Assembly (NCBI GenBank): GCA_051874735.1
Contig: JBJEGD010000034.1
Span: 75,814-99,525 of the forward strand
Source of the DNA: Candidatus Bruticola sp.
GTDB taxonomy: Bacteria; Vulcanimicrobiota; Xenobia; Xenobiales; Xenobiaceae
DNA length: 23,712 bases
Reading direction: 5' to 3'
Below the pieces are notes generated by a model. It saw only the letters and a list, made by a program, of their open reading frames with translations, ran no database searches and was not told the origin of the DNA. Positions 1 through 8,482 of this stretch are shown one piece after another; the stretch's first letter is position 1; every line of letters starts with the position of its first letter. The translations under genes were made by a program, and so were the position numbers.

Positions 1-287
1 AAACTAAGCGGACTTCTAGAAAAAAAGAAGCCGAAAACAGCGGCGAACATAGCCAAGCAGAACCGCCGAAAACTAAGCGGACTTCTAGAAAAAAAGAAGC
101 CGAAAACAGCGGCGAACATAGCCAGGCAGAACCGCCGAAAACTAAGCGGACTTCTAAGAAAAAAGAAGCCGAAAACAGCGAAAATAGCCAGGCAGAACCG
201 CCGAAAACTAAGCGGACTTCTAAGAAAAAAGAAGCCGAAAACGGCGAAAATAGCCAGGCAGAACCGCTGAAAACTAAGCGGACTTCT
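1..287 (+). repeat. Coding tandem repeat, 4 full units plus a partial fifth, period 69/69/66/66 bp
   Basis: AAACTAAGCGGACTTCT recurs at 1, 70, 139, 205 and 271. Unit lengths are multiples of 3 and there are no unique spacers. Confidence 0.95.
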
Positions 288-308
288 CCCCCCAAAAGAA
301 GCCGGTAA
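3..308 (+). CDS. 3' fragment of a protein with a low-complexity charged C-terminal repeat (5' end outside window)
   Basis: Frame 3 is open from base 3 to TAA at 306-308: (TKRTSRKKEAENSGEHSQAEPPK)x2, TKRTSKKKEAENSENSQAEPPK, TKRTSKKKEAENGENSQAEPLK, TKRTSPPKRSR*. Missing from the ORF track because no start codon lies in the window. Confidence 0.8.
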   Translation, partial: TKRTSRKKEAENSGEHSQAEPPKTKRTSRKKEAENSGEHSQAEPPKTKRTSKKKEAENSENSQAEPPKTKRTSKKKEAENGENSQAEPLKTKRTSPPKRSR

Positions 309-454
309 TAGAAGACTGTGAAGCCATTCGTTTACTTTAGCGTGGGAATCCGCCTACTGCCTAGCTTAAATGATTGTAAAGGCAAAAGCCCTCTGAAAGC
401 GAAAATTTCCTTGTAAAAAAGGCATTAACAATCTGTCAAGGGGTTCAATTACGA

Positions 455-3022
455 ATGAAAAAGATTGGTATTTTAGCGGCTTCAGTCGTTATATCCTTAA
501 TAGCATTACCTGCAGAGGCCCTACCTAACCAAGCAAAATCGGCAACGGTTTCAACTAGGACCTCAATGGCAGATAAAACTGCAGACCAGGACAGCTGCAG
601 CTTCAAAGCGAAAGGCTCAGCCCCAAATTTTTCTTCTCGGAGCAACAAAGTGACTGTAAAAAATAAAGAACTTTCTCCTGCTGTCACCCCTGGTATGACC
701 CCAGCTCAGATGAAGGCTTTTTTCTTAGAACAGACTAAACGCAGCTTAGTCGACTGGGAAGCCAAGCACTATAACATAAGCGATCATCCGCCTTTCCAAC
801 TAGACTCTCCTAAGGCCAGTCAGTTCTGTATTACTCCGGAAATTGCCAAGGCTATAAACTTAAGAGGGCAAGTAGACGCCTTTGCCAAAGAAGCTAAAGT
901 CTCCACAGCCGGTGTACGCGAAAACCAAAATGTACTCTGTCCTTGGGATCACCGCTACAGAATAAATGAGTACATGTTGGCTTTAATGGCAGAATCCTTG
1001 AGCAATATAGTGCCGCAGTTGCATAAAGATCACATTGCCTCTCTGCCCGTACGCACTCCCGAAGAGGTAAGAGCTCACCTCGGTCCTGAAGGAGTCAGAA
1101 TTATCGAAGCTATTTTTGGCATGCCTTTAGCTGAAGCTATGGAGTTTGTCCGCCACAATCCTATACGTATTGTCGGAGGAGAAACTCGCTCGAATACTCC
1201 CCGCTTTGTCGGCTTAGTTTCCAGAATCTACGCTGCCCGAGGCTTCCACGTCTTTTTGACAGAAGACGCCCAAAACAAAGATACTTCCACCATTTTTATG
1301 TGGAGCTTCTTAACTTATATGCTTGGCCTTTCCGGCGGAGATTATTATACTTCCAGTCACGGAGCCCCTCAAAAGCAGAGCGACAAGATCCTCGGACCAG
1401 ACGGTTCTCAGTACTTGCCTCCCGAGTATGCAAAAATTGTCGAGCAAATGTACAAAATTTTAGAGCAGTGCGAAACTAAGGGGTATACTATCAACCTAGC
1501 AGCAGCCGACGATCCCTTGCTTCATCATAACCTTACTTACAAGCTCATGTGCAGCCTGTATGCAGATTACCTTCGCAAAGGGCCGGCCTCTCCAGCAGCT
1601 TTGCAAATGGTCAAAAAAGCCATTGATCAGGGCATGCGCTTAAAGTTGGATTTCTTCGGCGGAGCCGGTTATAAAACGATTGCTCCAGTTCTAAAAGAGC
1701 TCGGCATAGATGGCGCTTTCGAAGGCGGTTATATTCGTACTGAAGAAGATCCCTTCTTCCACAATATAGGTTTCCGAGTAGCCATTAAAAAAGGTACAGC
1801 GGAATACGAAGTAGTCCATGATAGCGTCGACGCCAGCATGCCTATTGTAGTAAAATCGGCTGACTACGGCACAATTTTGCAGAATGCCCCTATAGGCCAG
1901 ATAGTTTTTAATGTCGACCCCGATTCCGATCGCTTCGTAGCGGGCCAAATTGTGCCAGCTTCCGAAGAGCCGAAGCTGCAGGCAGACGGTATTAGCTCTA
2001 TAAAAATTGCCGATGACAAACTGTTTGCTCTTTTCTCGCCTAACCAATTTTTCTTAATGCTAGCTGAAAGCGATCGGGCTTCTATGGCAGAAGACAAGAG
2101 CTGGGACAAATACTCTAGTTTCGATATTCATACATACGTATCGGCTCTCTCTTGGGACGAATGGGCAGATAAGCACCATATTCCCGTCGTCCGCACTCCA
2201 GTAGGCTTTAAGGAGATTGCCGCCATAGAGCGCAAAGTAGAAAAAGCTATGGGAACTTATCCAGGACAAGTAGTTTCCGTAGAAGATGAACTTGGGCGAA
2301 AGATAGTTATCGGCTCCAATCCCAAAGTACACCATGCGGGTGAAGAAAGTGGCGGAAAAATTGGCGGTCCCAGACAGCCTATTTACAATATTTTAGGCCA
2401 AAAAATTATCGCTATGCGGGAGAAGAGCAGCGGTGAAGCTTGCATATCCGCTGTAGTAATGGTATCTAAACTTTACCTCAAGTACAAAGAGACTGGCAAT
2501 ATTGCCGATATGTTCCTGCACAATCATCTGTCCGATCTCTTTGCCCGAGACTCCATCACTAATAAAATGGAATTCCGCGGCGATAAGATTCACTACAACG
2601 AGGCTATTTTTGATCCCGAAGAGTTAGCTAAAGCTAAAGCTGCTGGTATAGCAGAAAAAGATCGCTTTAACAACTACTTCCGCCGCTTAGCTATGGCCAT
2701 GCAAGATCCTACTTTAACAAACAGTGGTCAAGTGCTCAGCTTAGATCAGGTAAAAGCCGTTTTAACTGAGGCCATCCCTGGTATGGCCGATGAGTGGCAA
2801 TCTTTAGAGCGCATAGACGTCTGGTCTGACGGTTTGCAGCTTTGGTTTAAAGACGCCAAAGTCCGAGATATTTGTCTGCGTCCATCTGGTACTGACGCCA
2901 AGTCTAAAGTATATTTTGATGGCACGGATAAAGCTTATATGGAAAATTTGTTCAAGAACTATTTCCGCGATTTCCCGGCGGCAGCTACTCCTCTGTATGA
3001 AAAACTTTTAAAGGCTGAATAA
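455..3022 (+). CDS. Alpha-D-phosphohexomutase (PGM/PMM family), divergent and long, with N-terminal signal peptide
   Basis: Family motifs in the expected order: STAGVR, TSSHGAP (phospho-Ser loop, S301), DPDSDR (metal loop, from D488), PVGFK, GEESGG (sugar loop), RPSGTDAKSKVY (phosphate loop). N-terminus MKK + hydrophobic stretch + AEA. AAGGGG RBS-like site upstream. Confidence 0.85.
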   Translation: MKKIGILAASVVISLIALPAEALPNQAKSATVSTRTSMADKTADQDSCSFKAKGSAPNFSSRSNKVTVKNKELSPAVTPGMTPAQMKAFFLEQTKRSLVDWEAKHYNISDHPPFQLDSPKASQFCITPEIAKAINLRGQVDAFAKEAKVSTAGVRENQNVLCPWDHRYRINEYMLALMAESLSNIVPQLHKDHIASLPVRTPEEVRAHLGPEGVRIIEAIFGMPLAEAMEFVRHNPIRIVGGETRSNTPRFVGLVSRIYAARGFHVFLTEDAQNKDTSTIFMWSFLTYMLGLSGGDYYTSSHGAPQKQSDKILGPDGSQYLPPEYAKIVEQMYKILEQCETKGYTINLAAADDPLLHHNLTYKLMCSLYADYLRKGPASPAALQMVKKAIDQGMRLKLDFFGGAGYKTIAPVLKELGIDGAFEGGYIRTEEDPFFHNIGFRVAIKKGTAEYEVVHDSVDASMPIVVKSADYGTILQNAPIGQIVFNVDPDSDRFVAGQIVPASEEPKLQADGISSIKIADDKLFALFSPNQFFLMLAESDRASMAEDKSWDKYSSFDIHTYVSALSWDEWADKHHIPVVRTPVGFKEIAAIERKVEKAMGTYPGQVVSVEDELGRKIVIGSNPKVHHAGEESGGKIGGPRQPIYNILGQKIIAMREKSSGEACISAVVMVSKLYLKYKETGNIADMFLHNHLSDLFARDSITNKMEFRGDKIHYNEAIFDPEELAKAKAAGIAEKDRFNNYFRRLAMAMQDPTLTNSGQVLSLDQVKAVLTEAIPGMADEWQSLERIDVWSDGLQLWFKDAKVRDICLRPSGTDAKSKVYFDGTDKAYMENLFKNYFRDFPAAATPLYEKLLKAE

Positions 3023-3029
3023 TCTTCTC

Positions 3030-3070
3030 AGCGGAAGCCGAGCATTTAGCATATTGCGGTGGCTTCCGCT
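3030..3070 (+). terminator. Stem-loop after the phosphohexomutase gene
   Basis: AGCGGAAGCC (3030-3039) pairs with GGCTTCCGCT (3061-3070), starting 8 nt after the stop. U-tail is weak. Confidence 0.55.
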
Positions 3071-3101
3071 CTAGTTTAGTCTCAAAAAAGCGCCGTAACC
3101 C

Positions 3102-3130
3102 TTGACAGCGCACGTTAAAAGTATTAATAT
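3102..3130 (+). promoter_or_regulatory. Sigma70-type promoter for rpsU
   Basis: TTGACA (3102-3107), 17 nt spacer, TAATAT (3125-3130). Confidence 0.75.
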
Positions 3131-3224
3131 TTGACCCTGAAGTTTAGGGGGTATAGCCCCCGACCATTACCCGGCTGTTTATTACCCCCAATATTTGGCC
3201 GTGACGGAAGGAGGGGAACGCATA

Positions 3225-3398
3225 ATGGAAACTACAGTTGGTGAGAACGAACCTATCGAAACCGCTTTGAAGCGTTTCCGGCGTCAATGCCAGAAAGAGG
3301 GCGTGTTGGCCGAAGTGAAGAAGCGCGAGTATTACGATAAGCCCAGTGTACGTCGTAAAAAGAAGGCTATCGCCGCTCGTCGCCGCCGCCGTCGTTAA
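3225..3398 (+). CDS. rpsU: 30S ribosomal protein bS21
   Basis: 57 aa [47 protein letters not shown]..., the typical S21 pattern. ATG at 3225 follows an AGGAGG RBS, so the track's TTG start at 3195 is unlikely. Confidence 0.97.
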   Translation: METTVGENEPIETALKRFRRQCQKEGVLAEVKKREYYDKPSVRRKKKAIAARRRRRR

Positions 3399-3417
3399 GG
3401 CTAAGTTTTAGAATGGA

Positions 3418-3455
3418 AGAAGCTGTCAACTCACTGTTGGCGGCTTTTTTGTTTT
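3418..3455 (+). terminator. Intrinsic terminator of rpsU
   Basis: AGAAGCTGTCAAC / GTTGGCGGCTTTT stem with G-U pairs on the + strand, running into TTTTTTGTTTT. Confidence 0.75.
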
Positions 3456-3577
3456 CTAAACAAAGAAGCCGCCAACAGATGAAACTGACTACGACTATTT
3501 ATACCACAAACTAATAAGACAAAATTTCGTCGAAGACGCCTCATACAACTAGCATCAGACGGCCCAAACGCTTTTAT

Positions 3578-4252
3578 TTAATCTTCTATTTGCCAATCTA
3601 TAGGCTCAACTCCATGATCAACTAAAAATCTGTTAGTTTTACTAAATGGACGACTGCCCAAAAAACCGCGAGCAGCCGACAAAGGACTTGGATGAGCTGA
3701 ACAAATAATAAGATGTTTTGGATTGTCAATCAAAGCGCGTTTTTCTTGAGCGAATTTACCCCATAAAATATAAACGACCGGCCGATCGATAGTATTGACA
3801 GCTCTAATAACCGCATCAGTAAAATTTTGCCAGCCTAACTTTTGGTGGGAACAGGCTTGATGGGCTCTGACTGTAAGCACAGCGTTGAGAAGCAACACCC
3901 CTTGATCAGCCCATTTTTTTAAACAGCCGCTACGAGGTATGGCACATCCCAAATCGTCATGCAGCTCCTTATAAATATTTACCAAAGACGGAGGCAGCTG
4001 CTTCTGCGTCTGCGAAACGGCAAAGCTCAGTCCCATAGCCTGATTAAAATTGTGGTAAGGATCCTGCCCTAAAATAAGAGCTTTCACTTTATGAAAAGGT
4101 GTAAAGTGAAAAGCATTAAAAATATCGTCAGCTGGCGGAAATATAGTTTGCGTTTTATATTCATGAATTAAGAGCCGCCTCAAGCGAAGATAATAATCTT
4201 TTTTAAATTCGTCTCCAATTACTTCAAGCCAATCATTGCTTATTTTAGGCAT
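3578..4252 (-). CDS. ung: Uracil-DNA glycosylase, family 1
   Basis: GQDPYH, PPSL, VLLLN and HPSPLS motifs; 224 aa. Confidence 0.97.
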   Translation of the reverse strand: MPKISNDWLEVIGDEFKKDYYLRLRRLLIHEYKTQTIFPPADDIFNAFHFTPFHKVKALILGQDPYHNFNQAMGLSFAVSQTQKQLPPSLVNIYKELHDDLGCAIPRSGCLKKWADQGVLLLNAVLTVRAHQACSHQKLGWQNFTDAVIRAVNTIDRPVVYILWGKFAQEKRALIDNPKHLIICSAHPSPLSAARGFLGSRPFSKTNRFLVDHGVEPIDWQIED

Positions 4253-4363
4253 TGTTTACACCTCGTTATAAAACAGAGCTTCTGTATCGTTGCTTAAAAC
4301 CTTTTTAATTGATAAAATCTATACAATTGAGTATTTTTGTGCAATTATGCCAAGGAGCTTTTT

Positions 4364-5698
4364 ATGAGTATCGGCATCAGTTCCGTTAATAATCTACCGC
4401 TCAGCACCAGCTCTCAAAGTCTTAGAAGTTCTGTAATATCAAATTCTCAAGAGAGCACAACCAACGAAGTTTTATCTTTGGCAGAGACATTTACTAAGTC
4501 TGAAGATAAGCCTGTAAGTTTAATTATTCAAAGCGACGATCAAGAAAAACTAGCTAGCTTAAAGGCTCAACTCTTAAAAACTAATGAAGAAAACAAAGTT
4601 ACTGCCGAGTTGCCTATCATAAATGGTTTTTCTATCGACGTATCTTCCCACGACTCCCAAGCTCTGGCCAATTTAACTCAGGCTCAACAGAGCGGAGTTT
4701 TTGCTGTGACGGTCGATGAGGCCAACGACTTTACCGCCAACGATTTAATTGAAATGCAAAGTCTCTTCACCCCTGCTGATAAAGATACAAATGTCATGTT
4801 CGGAGTAGAAAAATTACACGAACAGGGCATAACGGGCAAAGGGACCTGTATCTGTGTTATTGACAGCGGCATCTCTATGCATCCCGATTTAAAAGACAGA
4901 GTTATAGCTTTCAAAGACTGCGTAAATGGCCGCACCGAACCATACGATGACAATGGTCACGGAACCCACTGCGCTGGCATCTGCGCCGGAGACGGCACTA
5001 GCAGCGGAGGGAAAAATGTAGGCGTAGCCCCTGAAGCTAATATCGTAGGTGTAAAAGTACTCGATCAGTTCGGTTACGGAGAGACTTCTCAAATTATCAA
5101 AGGTATTCAATGGGCCGTTCTCAATAAAAACAAATACGATATCGATGTGATCAACCTCTCCTTAGGGCGCCCTATTCCGCGCACGCGCTTCCTCGATCCT
5201 ATGACTATGGCCGTACAAGCTGCAGCAAAATGCGGCATCACTGTGGTAGTTTCAGCTGGCAATGACGGACCTTCACCAGGCACTATTTGTTCACCAGGCA
5301 ACGCCCCCAGTGCCATTACTGTAGGAGCTTTCGATGACTGCGGCACAGAAGGACGGGAAGACGACTGGCCGGCATATTTTTCAAGTGTTGGTCCTACCCG
5401 CTTTGACAATTTGGAAAAGCCCGATATTTCAGCTCCCGGAGTAGATATAATCTCTTGTTCCAATACTTCCGACGGCTATGTAAAGATGTCAGGTACTTCT
5501 ATGGCAGCTCCGTTTACTGCCGGTGTAGCCGCCCTTATAAAGGGAGTTAACCCCAAAATTAAACCTAAAGAAATTAAGCAAATTATTATGGATGAAGCTG
5601 TGCCATTCCAACAGAGCATGCTTAGCCACAATGTCGCAGGAGCGGGAGCTATTACCCCTGAGGCTGCCTTGGCTAAAGCTGCTGAATTAAAAAAATAA
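4364..5698 (+). CDS. S8 subtilisin-like serine protease (AprX-like) with propeptide and no classical signal peptide
   Basis: Catalytic triad VIDSGI / HGTHCAG / GTSMAAP and oxyanion SAGN. Start moved to ATG 4364, which follows AAGGAG at 4352-4357. Confidence 0.92.
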   Translation: MSIGISSVNNLPLSTSSQSLRSSVISNSQESTTNEVLSLAETFTKSEDKPVSLIIQSDDQEKLASLKAQLLKTNEENKVTAELPIINGFSIDVSSHDSQALANLTQAQQSGVFAVTVDEANDFTANDLIEMQSLFTPADKDTNVMFGVEKLHEQGITGKGTCICVIDSGISMHPDLKDRVIAFKDCVNGRTEPYDDNGHGTHCAGICAGDGTSSGGKNVGVAPEANIVGVKVLDQFGYGETSQIIKGIQWAVLNKNKYDIDVINLSLGRPIPRTRFLDPMTMAVQAAAKCGITVVVSAGNDGPSPGTICSPGNAPSAITVGAFDDCGTEGREDDWPAYFSSVGPTRFDNLEKPDISAPGVDIISCSNTSDGYVKMSGTSMAAPFTAGVAALIKGVNPKIKPKEIKQIIMDEAVPFQQSMLSHNVAGAGAITPEAALAKAAELKK

Positions 5699-5713
5699 AT
5701 ATCTTTTTATCAA

Positions 5714-5775
5714 TAGAGCCTCTTGCTCTGCCTTTTCTGGATATAGGTCGGAAATGAGCCGAAAAAGAGGCTCTA
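5714..5775 (+). terminator. Long interrupted hairpin between the subtilase and Hsp70-like genes
   Basis: TAGAGCCTCTT (5714-5724) / AAGAGGCTCTA (5765-5775) perfect 11 bp outer stem, inner GCTC/GAGC, followed by ATTTT. Confidence 0.5.
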
Positions 5776-5794
5776 ATTTTCCTGGGAGATCTTT

Positions 5795-8482
5795 TTGAGC
5801 AACGATATTCATTCCGGTCTGACCGACCGCAGTAAACATTGGGTAGTAGGAATCGATCTAGGCACAACAAACTCTGCGATGTCCCGTTTACCCTTAGCAG
5901 AAGAAAGTACTCTAGAAAGCGTACTAATCACTCAGCGCATATCTGAGAATCAAATCAGCCGCTTATCTACCCTTCCAAGTTTTCTTTATTTACCAGGTGC
6001 GCATGAAATGCCAGTTCACGCCTTGGAACTGCCCTGGAATCAAGAGATCGATTATGCCGTAGGAGCCTTTGCCCGCACTCAAAGTGCAAAAATTCCCGGC
6101 CGTGTCGTCTGCTCAGCAAAATCTTGGTTAGCCCACCGCCGAGCAGAACCTAGTGAAGCCATTCTTCCTTGGGAAGCAGTAAAAGAAGGGCGCAAAGTAA
6201 GCGCAATTGAGGCTTCCCGCCGTTACTTGGCCCACTTACGAGATTCCTGGGATTACGACAATCCGGAGCACCCTTTAGCCTTACAGGAGTTGGTCTTAAC
6301 CGTACCAGCCTCTTTTGATGAAATAGCTCGCGACTTAACTGTAGAAGCTGCCGATCGTGCAGGTTTAGAAAACATAACTTTATTGGAGGAGCCACAATCA
6401 GCTTTTTACACTTGGCTGTGGAATCGACGCCAGACTTGGAGACAAGATTTAGCCGGAATTAGAGAAATACTTATCTGCGATATAGGTGGAGGAACCTGCG
6501 ATTTCACAGCCATAAAAGTAGATGAAGAAGGACTACAACGCGTAGCTGTAGGCGAGCACTTAATGCTTGGAGGTGACAACCTCGATATCGCTATTGCCCG
6601 CTTATGCGAATCGCGAATGGGAGTAGACTTGAATCTGCTACAGTGGGGTGTATTACAACAGCAGTGCCGACAAGCTAAAGAAAAATTGTTAGGGTTAAAT
6701 CCTCCTGATTCATGTTTAGTTATTACTCCTGGAATAGGTTCAAAATTAGTTGACAGTGCTCTTCAAGCGGAAGTTAGTCGCCAAGAGATTCAAGAGCTCA
6801 TTTTAAATGGCTTCTTCCCTGAAGTACCTTTCGATGAGCCCATATCTAACACTCGTCGAATTGGTTTACAAGAATGGGGCTTACCGTATGCTAGCGATCC
6901 AGTTGTGCCCCACTATATGTCAGCTTTCCTGCGCACTCATAATCTGCATCCTCAAGCTATACTCTTTAACGGAGGCGCCTGTCGCCCCCAAGCTATAAAG
7001 CAGAGAATATGTCAGATATTGAGCAACTGGCTAGGCTATAATATTAAAGTTTTAGATAATGAAGCTGAAGATCTGGCCGTAGCTCACGGTGCCTGCGCCT
7101 TCGGCTGGCTGAGACATCACGGGCAGGAACGCATACGTGGCGGTACGGCCCGCTCCTATTATCTCGGTGTAAGTCAACACGACGCTCTTTGTGTTATTCA
7201 TCGCAATCAAGATCAGGGAGAACGCCAAGAAATCGGCAGTGTAGAACTGAAACTCCGAGTAGGTGTTCCGGCCGCCTTTCCTCTTTTTGCCTCTACTGAA
7301 CGTCCCCAAGATCGCGCCGGTCAAGTTATAAAACAAGAATTGCTCAAACCCTTAGGCACTTTAGAGACAGTAGCCGCCGGCAGTAAAAATGAAAATGAGG
7401 TCTCTGTTCGCCTAGCGGCCCAAGTCACCGAGATAGGTACTATGTCCTTGTGGGCGACTTCCCTGGACGGCTCTCGCAGCTGGTCTTTACAACTCCCTTT
7501 GCGAGGCAGGCGCCAAAAAAGAACATCGCTAGATATTGCACCTCAGCTCGTCGATCGGGCTAAAAAGTTGATCGTTCACACTTTCAATACTAAAGCTAAT
7601 AAACTCAGAGCTGACGATATTAGACCTAGGGCTCTTTTAGGCTCTATGGAGTCATATTTAGGCAAGCGAACCTCCTGGCCCTCAGCCTTAAATAGAAACC
7701 TATGGGAAGCTTTTTGGCAATGTGCCGACAAACGGCGTTCTTGTGCAGAATATGAAGCAGCTTGGTTTAACGGTGCAGGTTTTCTGCTCCGTCCGGGTAT
7801 AGGAGCTCCTCTAGATAAATGGCGCTTAGAACAAATGCAAAAATTACTTCCGGAATGGATTCAATTTTCCCAAGATGAAAATGTGAGACGTGAATTCTGG
7901 GTTTTTTGGCGCCGTTTGGCAGCGGGTATGGAAGCAGCAGCTCAAACTAGTCTATGGGCAAACTTAGCTCCGCGTCTCATTCCCGGCAGAAAGCATATAA
8001 AAAGTCGTTTAAAAAGTTTACTACCGGCGGAAAAAGTAGAAATTATGCGTCTAGCCGTAAGCTTAGAGCGCATTCCCATGTCTGAAAAAGAAGCTCTAGG
8101 AGAGACTATATTCCAAGATTTTAAAGTACGCCCCGACACTGTATGGCAACTCTCCCGCTTAGGGGCGCGCCGTTTAATGGGAGCTGGTCCTCAGCATGTA
8201 ATGCCCGCGGAGTTAGTAGGAACTTGGCTCGATAAAATTTTACAGTCAAAGTGGTCAGACAGCCGGGCTATTGGACTAGCGGCAGCTGAAATGGCTCGCT
8301 ATACAAATAATCGCGTCCTCGATCTTGACGCCAAGCTTCGTCAACGTTTAGCGGATCGGCTAACTCGCGAAGGGCTACCCTCAGCAGCTAAGCGGGTAAT
8401 GTCGCTCTGTGAGGAAGAAGATGAAACGGCTTCCGTACTATTCGGTGAAGATCTCCCTATTGGATTGCGTCTAGGAGTCTAA
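5795..8482 (+). CDS. Hsp70/DnaK-like protein, long form with helical C-terminal domain (probably DUF3731 type)
   Basis: GIDLGTTNS, TVPASFD, LLEEPQSA, DIGGGTCDF, LGGDNLD and LFNGG Hsp70 ATPase motifs. The C-terminal ~320 aa is unlike the DnaK lid and ends FGEDLPIGLRL. TTG start after GGGAG. Confidence 0.88.
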   Translation: MSNDIHSGLTDRSKHWVVGIDLGTTNSAMSRLPLAEESTLESVLITQRISENQISRLSTLPSFLYLPGAHEMPVHALELPWNQEIDYAVGAFARTQSAKIPGRVVCSAKSWLAHRRAEPSEAILPWEAVKEGRKVSAIEASRRYLAHLRDSWDYDNPEHPLALQELVLTVPASFDEIARDLTVEAADRAGLENITLLEEPQSAFYTWLWNRRQTWRQDLAGIREILICDIGGGTCDFTAIKVDEEGLQRVAVGEHLMLGGDNLDIAIARLCESRMGVDLNLLQWGVLQQQCRQAKEKLLGLNPPDSCLVITPGIGSKLVDSALQAEVSRQEIQELILNGFFPEVPFDEPISNTRRIGLQEWGLPYASDPVVPHYMSAFLRTHNLHPQAILFNGGACRPQAIKQRICQILSNWLGYNIKVLDNEAEDLAVAHGACAFGWLRHHGQERIRGGTARSYYLGVSQHDALCVIHRNQDQGERQEIGSVELKLRVGVPAAFPLFASTERPQDRAGQVIKQELLKPLGTLETVAAGSKNENEVSVRLAAQVTEIGTMSLWATSLDGSRSWSLQLPLRGRRQKRTSLDIAPQLVDRAKKLIVHTFNTKANKLRADDIRPRALLGSMESYLGKRTSWPSALNRNLWEAFWQCADKRRSCAEYEAAWFNGAGFLLRPGIGAPLDKWRLEQMQKLLPEWIQFSQDENVRREFWVFWRRLAAGMEAAAQTSLWANLAPRLIPGRKHIKSRLKSLLPAEKVEIMRLAVSLERIPMSEKEALGETIFQDFKVRPDTVWQLSRLGARRLMGAGPQHVMPAELVGTWLDKILQSKWSDSRAIGLAAAEMARYTNNRVLDLDAKLRQRLADRLTREGLPSAAKRVMSLCEEEDETASVLFGEDLPIGLRLGV

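Noticed and set aside
1-287. CRISPR array or iteron-type repeat
   Set aside because: No unique spacers, periods are multiples of 3, and one frame stays open to a stop just after the repeat, so it is a coding repeat. No cas or rep genes are nearby.
378-412. c-di-GMP-I riboswitch-like GGCAAA..GCC..GAAA words upstream of the mutase
   Set aside because: The two-stem architecture and motif order cannot be built from the sequence.
8471-8482. Overlap of convergent gene ends (Hsp70-like/kinase; also the shared TTAA at 21052-21055)
   Set aside because: Short 3' overlaps of convergent genes are common and do not by themselves imply antisense regulation.
5795-8482. Calling the gene dnaK
   Set aside because: Length, C-terminal domain and the absence of dnaJ/grpE do not fit canonical DnaK.
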